The translations under genes and the position numbers were made by a program. The notes below the pieces were generated by a model. It saw only the letters and a list, made by a program, of their open reading frames with translations. It did not search any database and was not told where the DNA came from. From a virus, in the IMG/VR virus record IMGVR_UViG_3300045988_079560: a stretch of 64,000 nt of DNA. One strand, written 5' to 3'. Shown here piece after piece: positions 30,563 through 43,514 of this stretch. How positions within the stretch are numbered: position 1 is the first letter of the stretch; each line of letters opens with the position of its first letter.

Positions 30563-31222
30563 TTATGCTGTGACTACTTCATAATTTGCCGGAATCCTGG
30601 TTACTGGCATATAACGGCCGGATGATTGGCAGAACCAGAAAGGGCGTTTGAACTGATACGCTGCGGCGTGTTTCAATAGTTCAATGCTTTCCCCAGTGTG
30701 GAGAGTAAAGCGGATCACTGCGTCGACAGGTAAATTTTTCAATGCGTGCGGATCTTTCTTTGCTTCAATGTTCTTTCTGCATCTCTCCCGCCAGTTGTTG
30801 GCATATTCTGAATCAGTAGGGGAGAGAAGAGAGAGGATAGAGGCGGGACAATGATCCTCACATGGTCCCATGCTTTCTTCCATCGTCTTAACTCCGAAGT
30901 TGAAATAATCCCGGCTGTTGGTGTGCGTCAATGCAACGGCGGCGAATGTCTCAGCCTCTCCGGTGCTCAATATGGTTACTTTTACGGCTGCGTAATATGT
31001 AGCCCCAACCATGCAAGAGCGGACAACCTCATATTTTTTCGTGTCGTTCTGCCAGGTGTAAAGCTCGTCAATTTCTGCCTTTTTGTCAATAGCTCCGGTT
31101 CTGGTGTAGTGTGTTGCGTGTGTATAATCCCATCCCATGGTATAAACCTCCTTAAAATCTGATTTTCTCAATACTCCGGCGGAGCGGCGGGCGTTATGCC
31201 TGCCAACATCCGCAACGTTCAC
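30563..31222 (-). CDS. Hypothetical protein
   Basis: ORF in minus-strand operon. Confidence 0.5.
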   Translation of the reverse strand: MNVADVGRHNARRSAGVLRKSDFKEVYTMGWDYTHATHYTRTGAIDKKAEIDELYTWQNDTKKYEVVRSCMVGATYYAAVKVTILSTGEAETFAAVALTHTNSRDYFNFGVKTMEESMGPCEDHCPASILSLLSPTDSEYANNWRERCRKNIEAKKDPHALKNLPVDAVIRFTLHTGESIELLKHAAAYQFKRPFWFCQSSGRYMPVTRIPANYEVVTA

Positions 31223-33553
31223 AAAGCGAATTAGGGGCGGCAGGCTCTCCGAATATATACCGGCGGATCTGCTCTTTCATTGTGTCCGGGATAAGTCGCG
31301 CCCAGTTGGTAGCGTTTCGCCAACGATTCACGGCACGCGCTGCACTGTATAACCTCGCCTGCGCTTCCTTGTCAAGATTGAAAACCTCGATCAATGTAGA
31401 TACAGAACTGTTTTCGCGGTCGGAGACTTCACGCGCATAATTTACATGATTCTTTCTCTCTGTGATGGTCTCAAAAGGTCCCTTATAAAGGTTTTTTGCG
31501 CTCCTGCAGTATTCATTGTAGGCCTCATTACAGGCAGCTACCGCATCAATAAGCCTTTCTATGTCAATATTCATCATTGTTATATACCTCCTTATAAACC
31601 GTAATAAGAGCGAAGAGCGGAAAGCGTCGGGGCGGTGTGGTTTGTCATACCATGACCGAAACAAGCACCCCATAAAGTGCGGTTAATGCGGAAAAAGTGC
31701 AGGACTTCAAAACCATGAGAACCAAGAACGCCGCGCCCGTCAAGTTCAATATAATAATTCCCGGCTGACTCTCTTTTAAGCTGCGGCTTTTCCTTGTAGC
31801 CCTCCACCGGTTCGCGGTGTTTCTCCAGGCGGACGGTTCCGCCGCAGTTCTCCCGGTACTCTTTAAGGCTCCGCCGTGCGTCTGCCCTTGTGTATTCGCT
31901 GTTTTCACAATCCCAACCGTAGCCGTAGTTTGTCATAATGTCCCAACGGTCGCGGGTTTTTCTCTGATATGCCATGATATAACGCCCCCTTTATCAATAA
32001 ACCTGATCGAAGTTTAAAATAGTTAAATTGTTTTCATGCGCCCAAGTGTAAGCACAGATTTTTGAACCGTCCCACACATCGGAAGTTTTAGGAACTAAAC
32101 CGGCGGATCTCAAAAGATGCCAAGCCTCGCCCCACTCGCCGCAGGTGCTACCGCCGTTATACTCTGCTTCTCCTACGCGGTAGAGCTTGCCGGACTTGAT
32201 ACCGTAAACGGTCAATTTATATGTTGTGGTTCCGTACATCTTGGAACGCTTCACGACGTCTTTTTTATAGTAATATGATTTATTTTTCATGGTGTAAGCC
32301 TCCTATATTTGAGAGGGAGCACCCCGGAGGGTGCGCGCCTCGTGGTTGTCTATTTTGCGTTTTTCTTCAATTCTCTATAAAACAAGTAGCAAGTTGTTTT
32401 TTCTGCCTGCTCGGTTGTGTATTTGGCTTTTTCTGCCTCGGTCTGCTCTAACAAATTCCCTAAGTAGTCCAGCGCGTCCCCATGATAGAAAACATCATCA
32501 GCAACGCTAAACGCTGTCGGAAGTCCCTGCATCCAGTCCATGAAAAGATCCTGGGCGGAGATGCGGCCGGCTTTATATTGACAGTCATTTTTTACTTTCT
32601 CAATATAGAAAGCGCTCATAATATCTTTACACATTCCGGCATAGTCGGAAGCCATCTCGCGACCCTCAAAACCGTAATACTCGCCGCTGTCCTTGTAACA
32701 CTCAATAATAATATTTTTGATTTTCTCATTTACTGCTTTAGAATTAGTTTTTAACATGGTCTTTCCCTCTCTTTTCTGTTGTTCCATCCGGGAAAGCCTG
32801 TTATAATAGGAGACAAGCCCCGGAGGGGTGGCGGCGGTCCGTGTCGCTTGGTAGGTGTAGCGGATCGCCCTTTTTTATTTGGTTCTCAATAGTCGTTTAC
32901 GTCAGACTTGCAGACGGCGGCTTGTCGGGGGTTCGCCCGGGCCATTCCCTTTTATGCTGCGTGTATATGGTCAACTCGTTCCAGCCATCGCCCCGGCTCA
33001 ATAGTTCCGGAGCGGTTCCCGCTTTCCCCTGGGAGCGTCGGGGGCGTTAATCATTGTTAAAGTGCTAACTGCTTTCACTCGATGCCGGGCCGGTTTTATA
33101 CCGCTTTCCCGATCTCGTGCGGTTCTGAAAGTTTCAAAGTGCTTTCATACTTCCAATAACTTAATTATCTTTTTTATATGTGCGGTGTGAATTGGTACAC
33201 CCTAGCACAGGTTTACAATTTTCCTTTTGCCTGATATATGCACTCATTACCACAGGGGCAGCCCTCACAGGAGATACAAGCCGGAGGCGGTGGGGCGTGT
33301 GTTTCGGTCTCGTCTTAATAAGTGCCGCGCCGCCGTTGCCTTGGTCCGGGTTGATTCCCTTGGTCCGGTCTGCGGTGCGTTGTTCTTTTGGGGTACACCG
33401 TGCGCCCTTGCCTGCGCTTGTTTGTTTTATTGAACGTCCGGCGGTTCGTTGTTGTCCGTTGCGGTTCGTTCTTTATGCTTGTATTGTAAAGCGTATTCTT
33501 TACAAAGTCAAGCGGAAAATTTACAAATTATTGCGGTTTGTGAAATATGTATA

Positions 33554-33565
33554 GCCGACTAAACA
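33554..33565. promoter_or_regulatory. Repressor operator half-site
   Basis: GCCGACTAAACA (reverse complement TGTTTAGTCGGC). Confidence 0.55.
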
Positions 33566-33714
33566 AAATAGGGGCGGTTTGTTGTGTAAATTGTACACTT
33601 TACAAAGTGCAAGAAAAACCCGGCGCAGTGTTTACCATGTAAACGGCAGACTTGACAGGCGGCGCAGATTCCTATATATTATAGGGGTATAGAATAGAAA
33701 GGAGGGCGGAGCCG

Positions 33715-33945
33715 GTGCGGTTGAGTTTTGGCGAAAAAATGCGCGTTATGATGAAACGGCGCGGGGTGTCGGTGCAAGAGGTGGCGGATCGTCTGGGCGT
33801 GTCCCGGCAGAACGTAAACCAGAGACTAAACGCCGATAAATTCACGCTTGACGATATGGAGAAATACGCCGCCGCCATTGGTTGCGGAATTGAAATAGAA
33901 ATAACAGAGCCGCCGGAGGGCGGAGCAGATCCACATATAAAATAA
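33715..33945 (+). CDS. XRE-family HTH protein
   Basis: GVSVQEVADRLGVSRQNVNQRLN. Confidence 0.85.
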   Translation: MRLSFGEKMRVMMKRRGVSVQEVADRLGVSRQNVNQRLNADKFTLDDMEKYAAAIGCGIEIEITEPPEGGADPHIK

Positions 33946-34081
33946 ATAAGGATAGCCGAAAAAGTAGAACGTAGGGCACAGAGAGAAGCACAAGAAAGCT
34001 TTTCCCGGTGTCCTTTTTATTTTGCCCGTGTGACAGCGTAGGACCGCCACAGAGGCCACAGAGGAAAGGAGGGCGCAGAAG

Positions 34082-34711
34082 ATGGCAGCAGAGAAGAAAG
34101 AAACAGCACAGAGAGACGAGAACGGAGTCAGGAAGCAGAGCTATAAACGTTTTAAGGCTGGGCGAGATTATGAAGAGATAGAGACGGCGCAGGCGGTGGC
34201 ATTGTGTGAAATGATGCTTGACGGATTCAGAGCGGCAACCAAGGAAGCGGAAAAGGGGAAAGGAGGGAGACCCCGGAAGCTGGAGACCGTGGAAGAGTTT
34301 AGAGAGATAGCAGAAAACTATATAAATTATATTAAAGAAAGAGCTTTACAAGGTGTTAGGCTGATTCCTGATGTTGAGGGATTCTGCAGCTTTGCCGGTA
34401 TTTCCCGCGATACTCTGAACGATTGGGAAAGAACCCGCCCCGGCGTGTATTCCGACACAATAAAAATATTAAAGAATAACATAGCCGCATACAAGAAACA
34501 GCTTGCATTTAATGGAGAAATACCGCCGATCGTGTTTGCTACTGATTTTAATAACAATCACGGCTACACCCAGGCGGCGCAGAAAATAGATCTGAATGTA
34601 GGCAAACAGGCGCAGGAGTTACCGACAGCGGCGGACATTGTACAACGTTTACCAGTAGAAACCGGAGGGACAGACCCGGCAGAGGATGCGGAGGACATAG
34701 AAATATTATAA
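34082..34711 (+). CDS. Terminase small subunit-like protein
   Basis: GRPRKLETVEEFREIAENYINYIKERALQG...FCSFAGISRDTLNDWE. Confidence 0.7.
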   Translation: MAAEKKETAQRDENGVRKQSYKRFKAGRDYEEIETAQAVALCEMMLDGFRAATKEAEKGKGGRPRKLETVEEFREIAENYINYIKERALQGVRLIPDVEGFCSFAGISRDTLNDWERTRPGVYSDTIKILKNNIAAYKKQLAFNGEIPPIVFATDFNNNHGYTQAAQKIDLNVGKQAQELPTAADIVQRLPVETGGTDPAEDAEDIEIL

Positions 34712-36272
34712 AATCGGCGTTTTGCGGTTCGTTTTCTTTTACTTTTACGAACTCGGGCAGATCCGGCGGCGGTTGGTAGGATGCCAGGGCGCAGAGGCCC
34801 GGCAGCTTATACCCTGGGGCGGGGGTTTGTGGCGGATCGTTCCCGGGGCAACTCACCCCTCTGAGTTCCCGAAAAATTAAAAAGCCAAAAACCACCCCAA
34901 TCGTAAAATGGCAAATAACCATATTACCGTAAACCACCCAATTTACAATGTAAGTATAAACACGGCATCCGAATAACAAAAGGAAAGTGAGGGCTTTACA
35001 AAACCACAAAATCCAAAATCGGCGGATGCCTACCGGCATAGAAAGAGAGAAATATGGAACAGAACAAAGAAACAGCAACACAGAATAAGCAGAGAGAGGC
35101 GGAAGTATGCAGAGAGAAGAAACAGACCGCATGGGACAAATGGAAAGAGGACACACTGCGGAAGTTCAACCGGACTGCATGACAGAGGCATACACCGTAG
35201 GAATCTCTGAAACGCATATCAGAAACAATGCAACGGTATTCCGAGTATGGCAGATGATAGAGCGCGGAGAACTTACCAGAGAAGAGGGATTGTACCTCAT
35301 GGTAAATACGCTTGCAGATGAAAACCATCGTCTGAATCAAATGTGTAATAACCTCATAATGAGGATGCCGTCACGTCTGCTCGTAGAAACAATAACAGGC
35401 AAAAATTAAAAATCGGCGGAGGCTTACGCCTCATAGGAGGTAAAATCGGATGAACGATGAAAACAGCAATTCCCAAAATTCCCCGGAAAATAAAAAGAGG
35501 TCTTGGCACAAGGAACCGTGGTATAAAAGGCTATTCGACAAGATTTTAGTATCGTGTTTTCTTCCGTGCAAGCATGAGTGGGAAGTGTTGGAAGTCCTCT
35601 GGACGGCACATGATTACAGCGGCTTTAAGTACGATGTATGCAGATGTGGGTGTAAGAAATGCGGAGAGATAAGAATTGAGAAATTTTTAGTGTAAAAGAC
35701 GGAGGTAGAGAGATGGTAAAGACGGTTGTTGCGGTTATCGTAGGGTTAGTTTTGCTCAATACAGCGTGGTTTGTATTGAAAATTGTGATTCTGATAGTGG
35801 CAGAGAGAAGAGAATACGAAAAATACAGATACAAAAGCCCTTATCAGTCTCCACACAGAGAGGCTTTTATTATGGAGTGCTCAGACCCGAATAGCAGTCC
35901 ATACGCAAGGCAGTTGGATAAGTGCATCAAAAAGATGGATAGGGAACAGAAACGCATAGCGAAAATCAAATTGAAATCAGACAAGAAACTGTCGAATATG
36001 AGCATTTAGAGAATTTTGACGTATCGGAGGATGTGCGAAATGGATAGACCGGTAGAAATCACAAGAAGCTATGCAGAATGCAAATTCTGTAACGATATTG
36101 CTGATATGTGCAATGAGATACCAGATTGTACTCACTGTGAGAATAGAAAAGGAACATGGATAGATACAATCACGAGCCTGCTTGGCACAAAAGCGGTTGT
36201 CGTTCTGGAAGATGGCAAAGTGGAGACATATCCACTGGATAGACTTAAAGTTATCACAAAGAGGGAGAGATA

Positions 36273-36473
36273 ATGAAAATTATTGAAGAAATTGGCGAAG
36301 CTGCAATGTTGGAACAGCTTGCAGAGGAATGTACCGAACTTGCAAAGGCAGCACTCAAAATGGCAAGGATCATACGAAAAGAGAATCCGACACCTGTAAC
36401 AGAGAAAGATGCTATTGCAAATATCAGAGAAGAGTACACGGATGTCGTACAGTGTGCCGGAGAACTTTCATAG
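36273..36473 (+). CDS. MazG-like nucleotide pyrophosphohydrolase-type small protein
   Basis: EQLAEECTELAKAALKMAR...EEYTDVVQC. Confidence 0.7.
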   Translation: MKIIEEIGEAAMLEQLAEECTELAKAALKMARIIRKENPTPVTEKDAIANIREEYTDVVQCAGELS

Positions 36474-37587
36474 ACAGTAGATGAGGAACAGATGGCACGC
36501 AAACACGAACGGTGGGAAAAGAGAGTGAGGGATAGAACATGATACCATTCAGGCATTGCATAAGGGAACCGCACGGATCGGCAGTGAAATTTGAGATACT
36601 GGCAGCAGCACCGAATGAGTTTCAGGTACGTTACCCAGATTATGATTACATTAAAATGGGAGTCGGACCATCAGTGATGTATAACAGAGAACAATTACTG
36701 TGTTTCCTACTGACATATGACAAGGCAGAGTGCCTTGAATTTATGGAAAAACTGTATCATCACATGGGATGGCCTACTGAAAAGTTGCATGAGAATCCGG
36801 CGTTTGCCGAAGTGATAAAGGAGAAAGAGACATGATAGCACGTTTCTTACAGGATATTGTCGTAAACGACATTGAGAAGAATATGGAAATGACCATTGAC
36901 AAGGGGGAAGAACTCTTTGCCATCGACAGAGGAACCCATTATGAACTGAGAAAGGCTGACGGATGGGGAACTATGGCTCCGAAAGAGTGTGAGGGCGAAT
37001 ATTATGAGATCATCAAATGATTTTTACAAGGAGAAACCATGAAAACAGAACGATATGTATGCGACCGATGCGGTGCAGAAATAGATGGGAAGAACGGAAG
37101 TATGCTTCACAAGAAGTGGCTGAATATACATGGTCTCCATGCCAAGGACGGATTTCTGGACGGAGTAACAAATATAGATTTATGCCCTAAATGTAGGAAA
37201 AGTTTTGAGAGATGGATGAGAAATGGAGGGGATTGAACCATGCATGAGACCAAACCACAGCTCTTTATCATGGATGAATGGCTCGGAGATCCCATACCGC
37301 TTGCGGAAATTAAGGAAATATCTGAACCTACACTGGATGAAGAGTATGATATGCCGGATATTTCTCATCTGAAAGAGGGATTTGAAATACCTTTTGAAGT
37401 GAAAATGAAGAAATCTGCCATAAACAAACTGTTTCAACCGTGTTTTGGCAGAGAACCTTACAGGAATCTCGAAAAATGTGCCAAGTGCATACTGAAAAAG
37501 GACTGTGTTGTGGCGAAAATCGAGAACAATTTCAACATGAGATTAAGGGCATACAACCCTTGATAATAAATCACAAGGAGGACACCA

Positions 37588-38511
37588 ATGGAAGAGAAAG
37601 AAAAGAAACCGTGGAGACCGCCAGAAGCGGCGCATTTACCAGATCCGATAGCGTTTGCCATGCAGGGTTTTGAACGCTTTGGATTACCGAAAGAACGGCT
37701 GATACCACCATTACAAACATTTGACAGAGTGATGCAACACTCGGCATTTACCGAAAACCGATGGTGGGAAAATGCAAGACAGGTAACGGCAACATCATCG
37801 GCAGAACAGTGGCGGAGAGTGAGCATCGAAAGAGCACGCTGTCTCGGAGAACCATGGCCGGATTTTGATGATATACCGGTTGCGAGTATCACAGAGGATT
37901 TTTCACAGAAATGTCAAAATGCCACAATCGGATTGTTAAGAGATCAGGTTATAGCGTCATGCGCTATTCCGGGAGAAACATCGTTTAGAGACATTTTTAA
38001 CCAGTTAGGTATTAAGGAGGACAATATGGATAGAAGTTTAGCGGACAAGAAATTTAAGAGAGTAACTATTGAGTGCGAGGACGGCACGACTTACGCTGGA
38101 AAGATCAATCATGTATGCGGCAGCCCGTATCGTTGTGACAAACTGTGTGTAGAAGCAATGGTTGAGGACAAGCCTATTGGAGCATACGGTATCGAGAAAG
38201 TCCTGTTCCAGAATCCGGCAACAATCGTATTTTGGTCTGACGGCACAAAGACGGTTGTAAACTGCATGGATAATGTGGAAATCAAGAAAAAGGTTGTTGA
38301 TGGCAAGGAAGTAACCATTCGTAAGCCTAAAAAGGCTGATACCTATTCTGAGGAAGCCGGTCTGGCTATGGCTATCGTGAAGAAATGGACCGGCAACAAC
38401 GGAAATTACAACAATATCTTCCGTGAGTTCATTCCTGAGATGGCGCAGGCTGAAAAAGAGGCAAAGAAAGCTGCCAAGAAAGCTAAAAAGGCGCAGAAAT
38501 CGGAGGAATAA
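37588..38511 (+). CDS. Hypothetical phage protein
   Basis: Long ORF with Lys/Ala-rich C-terminus. Confidence 0.55.
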   Translation: MEEKEKKPWRPPEAAHLPDPIAFAMQGFERFGLPKERLIPPLQTFDRVMQHSAFTENRWWENARQVTATSSAEQWRRVSIERARCLGEPWPDFDDIPVASITEDFSQKCQNATIGLLRDQVIASCAIPGETSFRDIFNQLGIKEDNMDRSLADKKFKRVTIECEDGTTYAGKINHVCGSPYRCDKLCVEAMVEDKPIGAYGIEKVLFQNPATIVFWSDGTKTVVNCMDNVEIKKKVVDGKEVTIRKPKKADTYSEEAGLAMAIVKKWTGNNGNYNNIFREFIPEMAQAEKEAKKAAKKAKKAQKSEE

Positions 38512-38756
38512 CCAATGACGCTGAGGGAATTTGCCAAGGGGTATGATGGCAACATTATGCTGAAAGCCTTTGAGAATGAGAAATCAACGGCTCCGACAGC
38601 AATTATGATGACTCAGATTACGGATTCTATCAAGGATGAGGTTCTTGACAAAGAAGTATACAGCTACACAATGGTTTGCGCTTCACTGTTTGAACGGTAT
38701 CTGAGAGTGAATTTTGAAGCTGTGCCGGAGATCCCAAACGAAACGGAGGAAACCAC

Positions 38757-39377
38757 ATGAGAACCTATTTTTTTGACACAGAGTTTACTGGTCTGCGTAA
38801 GGACACAACTCTTATCAGCATAGGAATTGTCTCAGACACAGGAGATAGGTTCTATGCAGAGTTGACGGACTATGATGAGGGTATGTGTGATGAATGGATT
38901 GAGAAGAATGTTCTCGATCATTTGGTTTTGAGTGGCAATGCGGAGTTAGAAGAAAGTCTGGCAGCCGACAATAAAACAACGACTGTAATCGGCAGTAAGG
39001 CAGATGTTTGTTGCGAACTTATGGAATGGCTTGAAATGGACGCTAATTTTGACAGTGATTATGCTGCGGTATTCGTTTCAGATGTCTCACATTACGATAT
39101 GGTGTTACTGATTGACTTATTGGTAGGAAACGCTATGAAGTTGCCTGAGTTTATTACACCGGCTTGTCACGACATCAATCAGGACATTGCAACGATGCTT
39201 GATATTTCAGAAAAGGAAGCTTTCGACATTTCGAGAGAGCAGTTACTTACGGACAGAGGAATTGCTTTGCCGAAAGGTCAGAAACACAATGCACTCTACG
39301 ATGCGGAGGTTATCAAGGCAATCTATGAGGACTTTTTCTCCGTGGGGGGGGTAAAACAGGGAGGTAAGAATGGATAA
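38757..39377 (+). CDS. DEDDh-like 3'-5' exonuclease
   Basis: YFFDTEFTGLRKDTTLISIGIV ... HNALYDAEVIKAIY. Confidence 0.8.
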   Translation: MRTYFFDTEFTGLRKDTTLISIGIVSDTGDRFYAELTDYDEGMCDEWIEKNVLDHLVLSGNAELEESLAADNKTTTVIGSKADVCCELMEWLEMDANFDSDYAAVFVSDVSHYDMVLLIDLLVGNAMKLPEFITPACHDINQDIATMLDISEKEAFDISREQLLTDRGIALPKGQKHNALYDAEVIKAIYEDFFSVGGVKQGGKNG

Positions 39378-39987
39378 GGGACAAATCTTAATGGATTACC
39401 GCTTGGCGAAGAACCATAAGAGACAGATACCCATTCTTGCAGACTTGAATGTGTGCGACACACAGACAATAGTAGAAATTCTGGAAGAGGGCGGCTACAA
39501 GCGTATGTTCAATACGAATGGTGTGGATATTTCCGTGAAGAAAACAGAGATTGAGCAAAAGTATTCTTCCGGGGAATCCATAGCCACCCTTGCAATGGCA
39601 TATCACATTTCAAAGAAACAGATTAAGGTACTTCTCGGAGTAGAAGAGACGGAGGAAAAGGGAATCATGTCTGAGCAGGAAATGATAAAGAAACTCGGAG
39701 AACTTACGAGCGAGGTTGAAAAACTGAAAGCAAACAAGAAATCTCTGGAAGAAAGAAATGCGAAAGTAGAAAAAGAGAATGATAATCTGAGGAAGCAGAT
39801 TGAACAGCTTGAAAGTTTCAATGCAGAGCTGGATGCCACAGTCAAGGAACAGACTGAAATGCTGAATGGTGGAAAATTATATGAGGATTATCAGGAAGTT
39901 TGCATTAAGAACAGCAAGCTCAACGCAACGGTTGATGTTCTGGTAGAGAAAATCAGTATGTTAAAGGCGGTGGGCTGTCATGGATAA
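39370..39987 (+). CDS. Coiled-coil protein with HTH-like N-terminus
   Basis: EKYSSGESIATLAMAYHISKKQIKVLLG followed by heptads. Confidence 0.55.
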   Translation: MDKGQILMDYRLAKNHKRQIPILADLNVCDTQTIVEILEEGGYKRMFNTNGVDISVKKTEIEQKYSSGESIATLAMAYHISKKQIKVLLGVEETEEKGIMSEQEMIKKLGELTSEVEKLKANKKSLEERNAKVEKENDNLRKQIEQLESFNAELDATVKEQTEMLNGGKLYEDYQEVCIKNSKLNATVDVLVEKISMLKAVGCHG

Positions 39988-41797
39988 TGGAATGGAACTC
40001 AGAGTGAAAGATTATTGTGCTTTCTGCCCTGATTTTGAAGCTGACGTTGATAAGGTTGATATTACTGTATTGGCTGATCGTACCCAAAGGGCATTAACCA
40101 CAATCAGATGTGAACACGCCGAAAAGTGCGAAAGAATATATGGGAGAATACAGGAGGGCAGAACCAATGAAACAACGGTGGTACAAAGTAGTGTTTGAAA
40201 CCATTGAGAGAAAACCAATCCGCAGAACTGTTACCGTATGCAGTACGGACAGTGTTCATGCGTCTGCTCTGGTATATCAGCAGTTCGGCAGGAAGAAAAT
40301 CAAGGTAAAATCTGCCAAGAAAGTAAAGGAGAACACATGAGGTACAGAAAAAAGCCTGTCGTGATTGAGGCGATTCAATGGACTGGAGAAAACCAGAGGG
40401 AAATGTTTGACTTTCTTACCAATGGCGAGAAGAAAGACGAATACATGGAGGCGTTTGGAGAACATTTCCGCATAGACCACGCCGCCGTGAAAGGCGGATT
40501 GGTAATCAAAACTTTAGAGGGAAATCATTTGGCTAACATTGGAGATTACATCATTAAAGGTGTTGCCGGAGAATTTTACCCTTGCAAACCGGATATTTTT
40601 GAAAAGACTTATGAGGTGGCAGAGTAATGGGAAAACCGATTGATATTTTTGAAAATCAGGAGCAGTTGGAAGAGTGCCTGAGAGAGTGGCAGCATAGGTT
40701 ATTCCTTGATGGGTGGCTAATACTGGCGCACGTTGAGGATAAAATTATGAATCCTGACGGAGAAGAGGTAATTGATGCCGCCGGATATAACACATTCGTA
40801 TTTGAATCCAGTCAGGCAAACATCCAGTTACTCAGCGATGAATCTTACAAAGAGAACAATACGCTGTTCAAACATTGCATGGAAAAGGATCTTGTGCATG
40901 AACTTTTACATTGCAAGTATGATTGGATGGGAAATCAGGGCGGAACCTATGAGGGTGTGTATCTGGATGCAACCGAACACCAGAAGTTAGAGGAAATGGC
41001 AAAGAGTCTTATCATGGCGAAGTATGGTGTCGGTTATGATTACTTCATGTGAGGTGCAATATGACAACAGTGGTGGTCTATAAGACCGATACAAAAGAAG
41101 TTCTGGCAGCTATTCCGATGGACGGCGGAGATGCCGTCTGCCGGAATGATGTGGAATTTCAGATTTACAACGGAACAGAGCCAATATTCACGGAAACTCC
41201 CGGAGGAATCGTATTGGCAGAAAACAAATTTATGATAAAGATGGAGGGCAACAACAATGAAAAATAAAGGAACAGGGATTATTGTCGGCATCGTAGCCGC
41301 ATTTGTATTACTGATAGCAGGAATTTTTGTAAGTACCAACAACAGAGCGGTTTCGTTGGAGGAACAGGTCTTTACGGCTGACTCTGATATTCAGGCACAG
41401 GAGAAACGCAGAACGGATCTTATCTACAATCTGGCAGATTGCGTCAAGGAGTACGATAAGCATGAGGCAGAGACTCTTCTTAATGTCGTGGAAGCAAGAG
41501 GAAACAATGGCAGCACCACAGATATTGAGAATGTGACAACTTCCATAGCTGCGGTTGCCGAAGCATACCCGGAATTAAAATCCAATGAGAATTACAAGGA
41601 ACTGATGAATGAGCTTTCAACCACAGAGAATATGATCCTGCAGTACCGCACTGCCTACAATAACGAGGTAAGAGCATATAAGAAATATGTGCGTAAATTC
41701 CCTTATAAGCAGATCTTGGGAATTATGGGATATGAGGTTATCAATTACAACTACCTGGAATACAGCGAAGAGGACAGACAGCCGGTAAGCAATCTGT

Positions 41798-42592
41798 TTG
41801 GAGAATAAGCCTATGAGGAAAGGGAGTAAGATAATCTACTCCGGCAACGGTTGGGATATGACGGTGCGTGAACTGATGTTTAGCATCGTCATTATCCTTA
41901 TCATGCTTATGGGTGGATTTTTCATTAGTGAAAAGATAGCTTCACACAATGACGAACAGAATCAGGAATACTATCAAGCCATGCAGATTGATGGAAATGC
42001 AGAACTGTTTCAGTATGGTATGCGAACTGATGTGGGAAATGCGTTTGTGAAAGGAAATCTGGTGGCAGTAGACCCTGTTACAGATCTGGGCATAGGTGGA
42101 GTACCAACTGCCTACATAAAGGTTGAGGAACAACACTACAACCGACATACGAGACAGGTGGCACATACACGGACGGTAAATGGGAAAACGCAGACTTATT
42201 ACACCACGGAGGTATATTATTCGTGGGATTACTACGATAGTTGGGAAAGCCATAGTCAAACGGTGTCATTCCTTGGTGTGGAGTTTCCGTATGGGAAAAT
42301 CCAGATGCCGGGGTCTTACCTGTATGACACGATTAAGCAATCGTCCCATGTGAGGTATTTGTACTATGTTATCAACACGGAATACAGCGGAGTTATCTAT
42401 GCCAATCTCAAAGATAATACCATAGAGGACGGAACACCGTTCATTCAGGCAGATACGATAGATGAAGCGGTGGACTATATGGTTTCAAGCGGAACTGCCG
42501 GGTTGGTAATTTTCTGGGTTGTATGGGTAATTTTGATTGGAGCAGCCGTGTTTGGATTCTGCTATTTTGATAATAAGTGGTTGGAGGATTAG
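41798..42592 (+). CDS. Membrane protein, hypothetical
   Basis: Two hydrophobic segments near the termini. Confidence 0.55.
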   Translation: MENKPMRKGSKIIYSGNGWDMTVRELMFSIVIILIMLMGGFFISEKIASHNDEQNQEYYQAMQIDGNAELFQYGMRTDVGNAFVKGNLVAVDPVTDLGIGGVPTAYIKVEEQHYNRHTRQVAHTRTVNGKTQTYYTTEVYYSWDYYDSWESHSQTVSFLGVEFPYGKIQMPGSYLYDTIKQSSHVRYLYYVINTEYSGVIYANLKDNTIEDGTPFIQADTIDEAVDYMVSSGTAGLVIFWVVWVILIGAAVFGFCYFDNKWLED

Positions 42593-43514
42593 AGATGTAT
42601 ATTGTAGACCAGGATCGTAGCAACGTAGTGAACATCGGCAATATCAAAAGCATTGCGCTCAACGGAAAAAGAATTACTGCCGATGATTACACACTTGCAG
42701 CTTACGACACAGAACAGAGAGGGAAAGAAGTATTTGAACAGTTACTCGGAAACGCTTTTCCTCCTGATATGATAGTGGCTAAGAATTGCAACATATCTGA
42801 GGATGCCGTAAAGGACCTGGCAATGGATCATAGCATTATTATGGTTCGTGGCAACGGACAGGCGGATGTTACAGCGTATAGCTGCGGAGTTTATTATATG
42901 CCGGAGGAATAAAAGAATGTTAGATATTATTTTGGCAATCATTTGGATTGCGATATTGGTGCTTTACATTGTTGTTGGCTGGAAAGATGCAAAGTCCAAC
43001 AACGAAGTGAAGAAAGAAATTACACAGATGAATGAGCTGCTGTTGGAACAGAACTCTCAGCTCAAAGAACAGAATAAGCATCTCAATATGGTTATTCTGA
43101 GTGTTTGCAGTAAGAGTGTACGAGACAGAAAAGACCAGGAGGGAAAACGTGAAAAAGCAACGGAAAGAGACACGCCTGAAAAGGAAACGCCTGAAAGCGG
43201 CGTATAACACAATCTTAGAAGAAAACCGCCGATTAAAAGGTTGGCAATCGGTGTATGGCAGAAAAGAGATTAGAACATATGGAGAACGCAAAACACTCAC
43301 AATATTTGAAGCAGGAAGTGACAATATGGGAGAAATCATAAAAGACAGAATGGCAGTAAAAATTGGTAGAGCACTTAAAGAAAATGGTGCAATTCAGTTT
43401 GAAACATACGATGATCCTATGAAATGTGGAATTATTGTGGATGCGAAAGTTAAAATCGTTATGCCGTAGGTATATTACAGAGCCGTGTAGAGCCGTGAGA
43501 AAGGATGAATTTTC

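Noticed and set aside
30169-30584. Overlapping ORFs 30357..30584 and 30389..30625 (+)
   Set aside because: Antisense to a plausible minus-strand coiled-coil ORF.
33180-33554. 124-aa ORF 33180..33554 (+)
   Set aside because: Low-complexity Cys/Val/Leu-rich translation in a GC-rich region with no clear RBS or family features.
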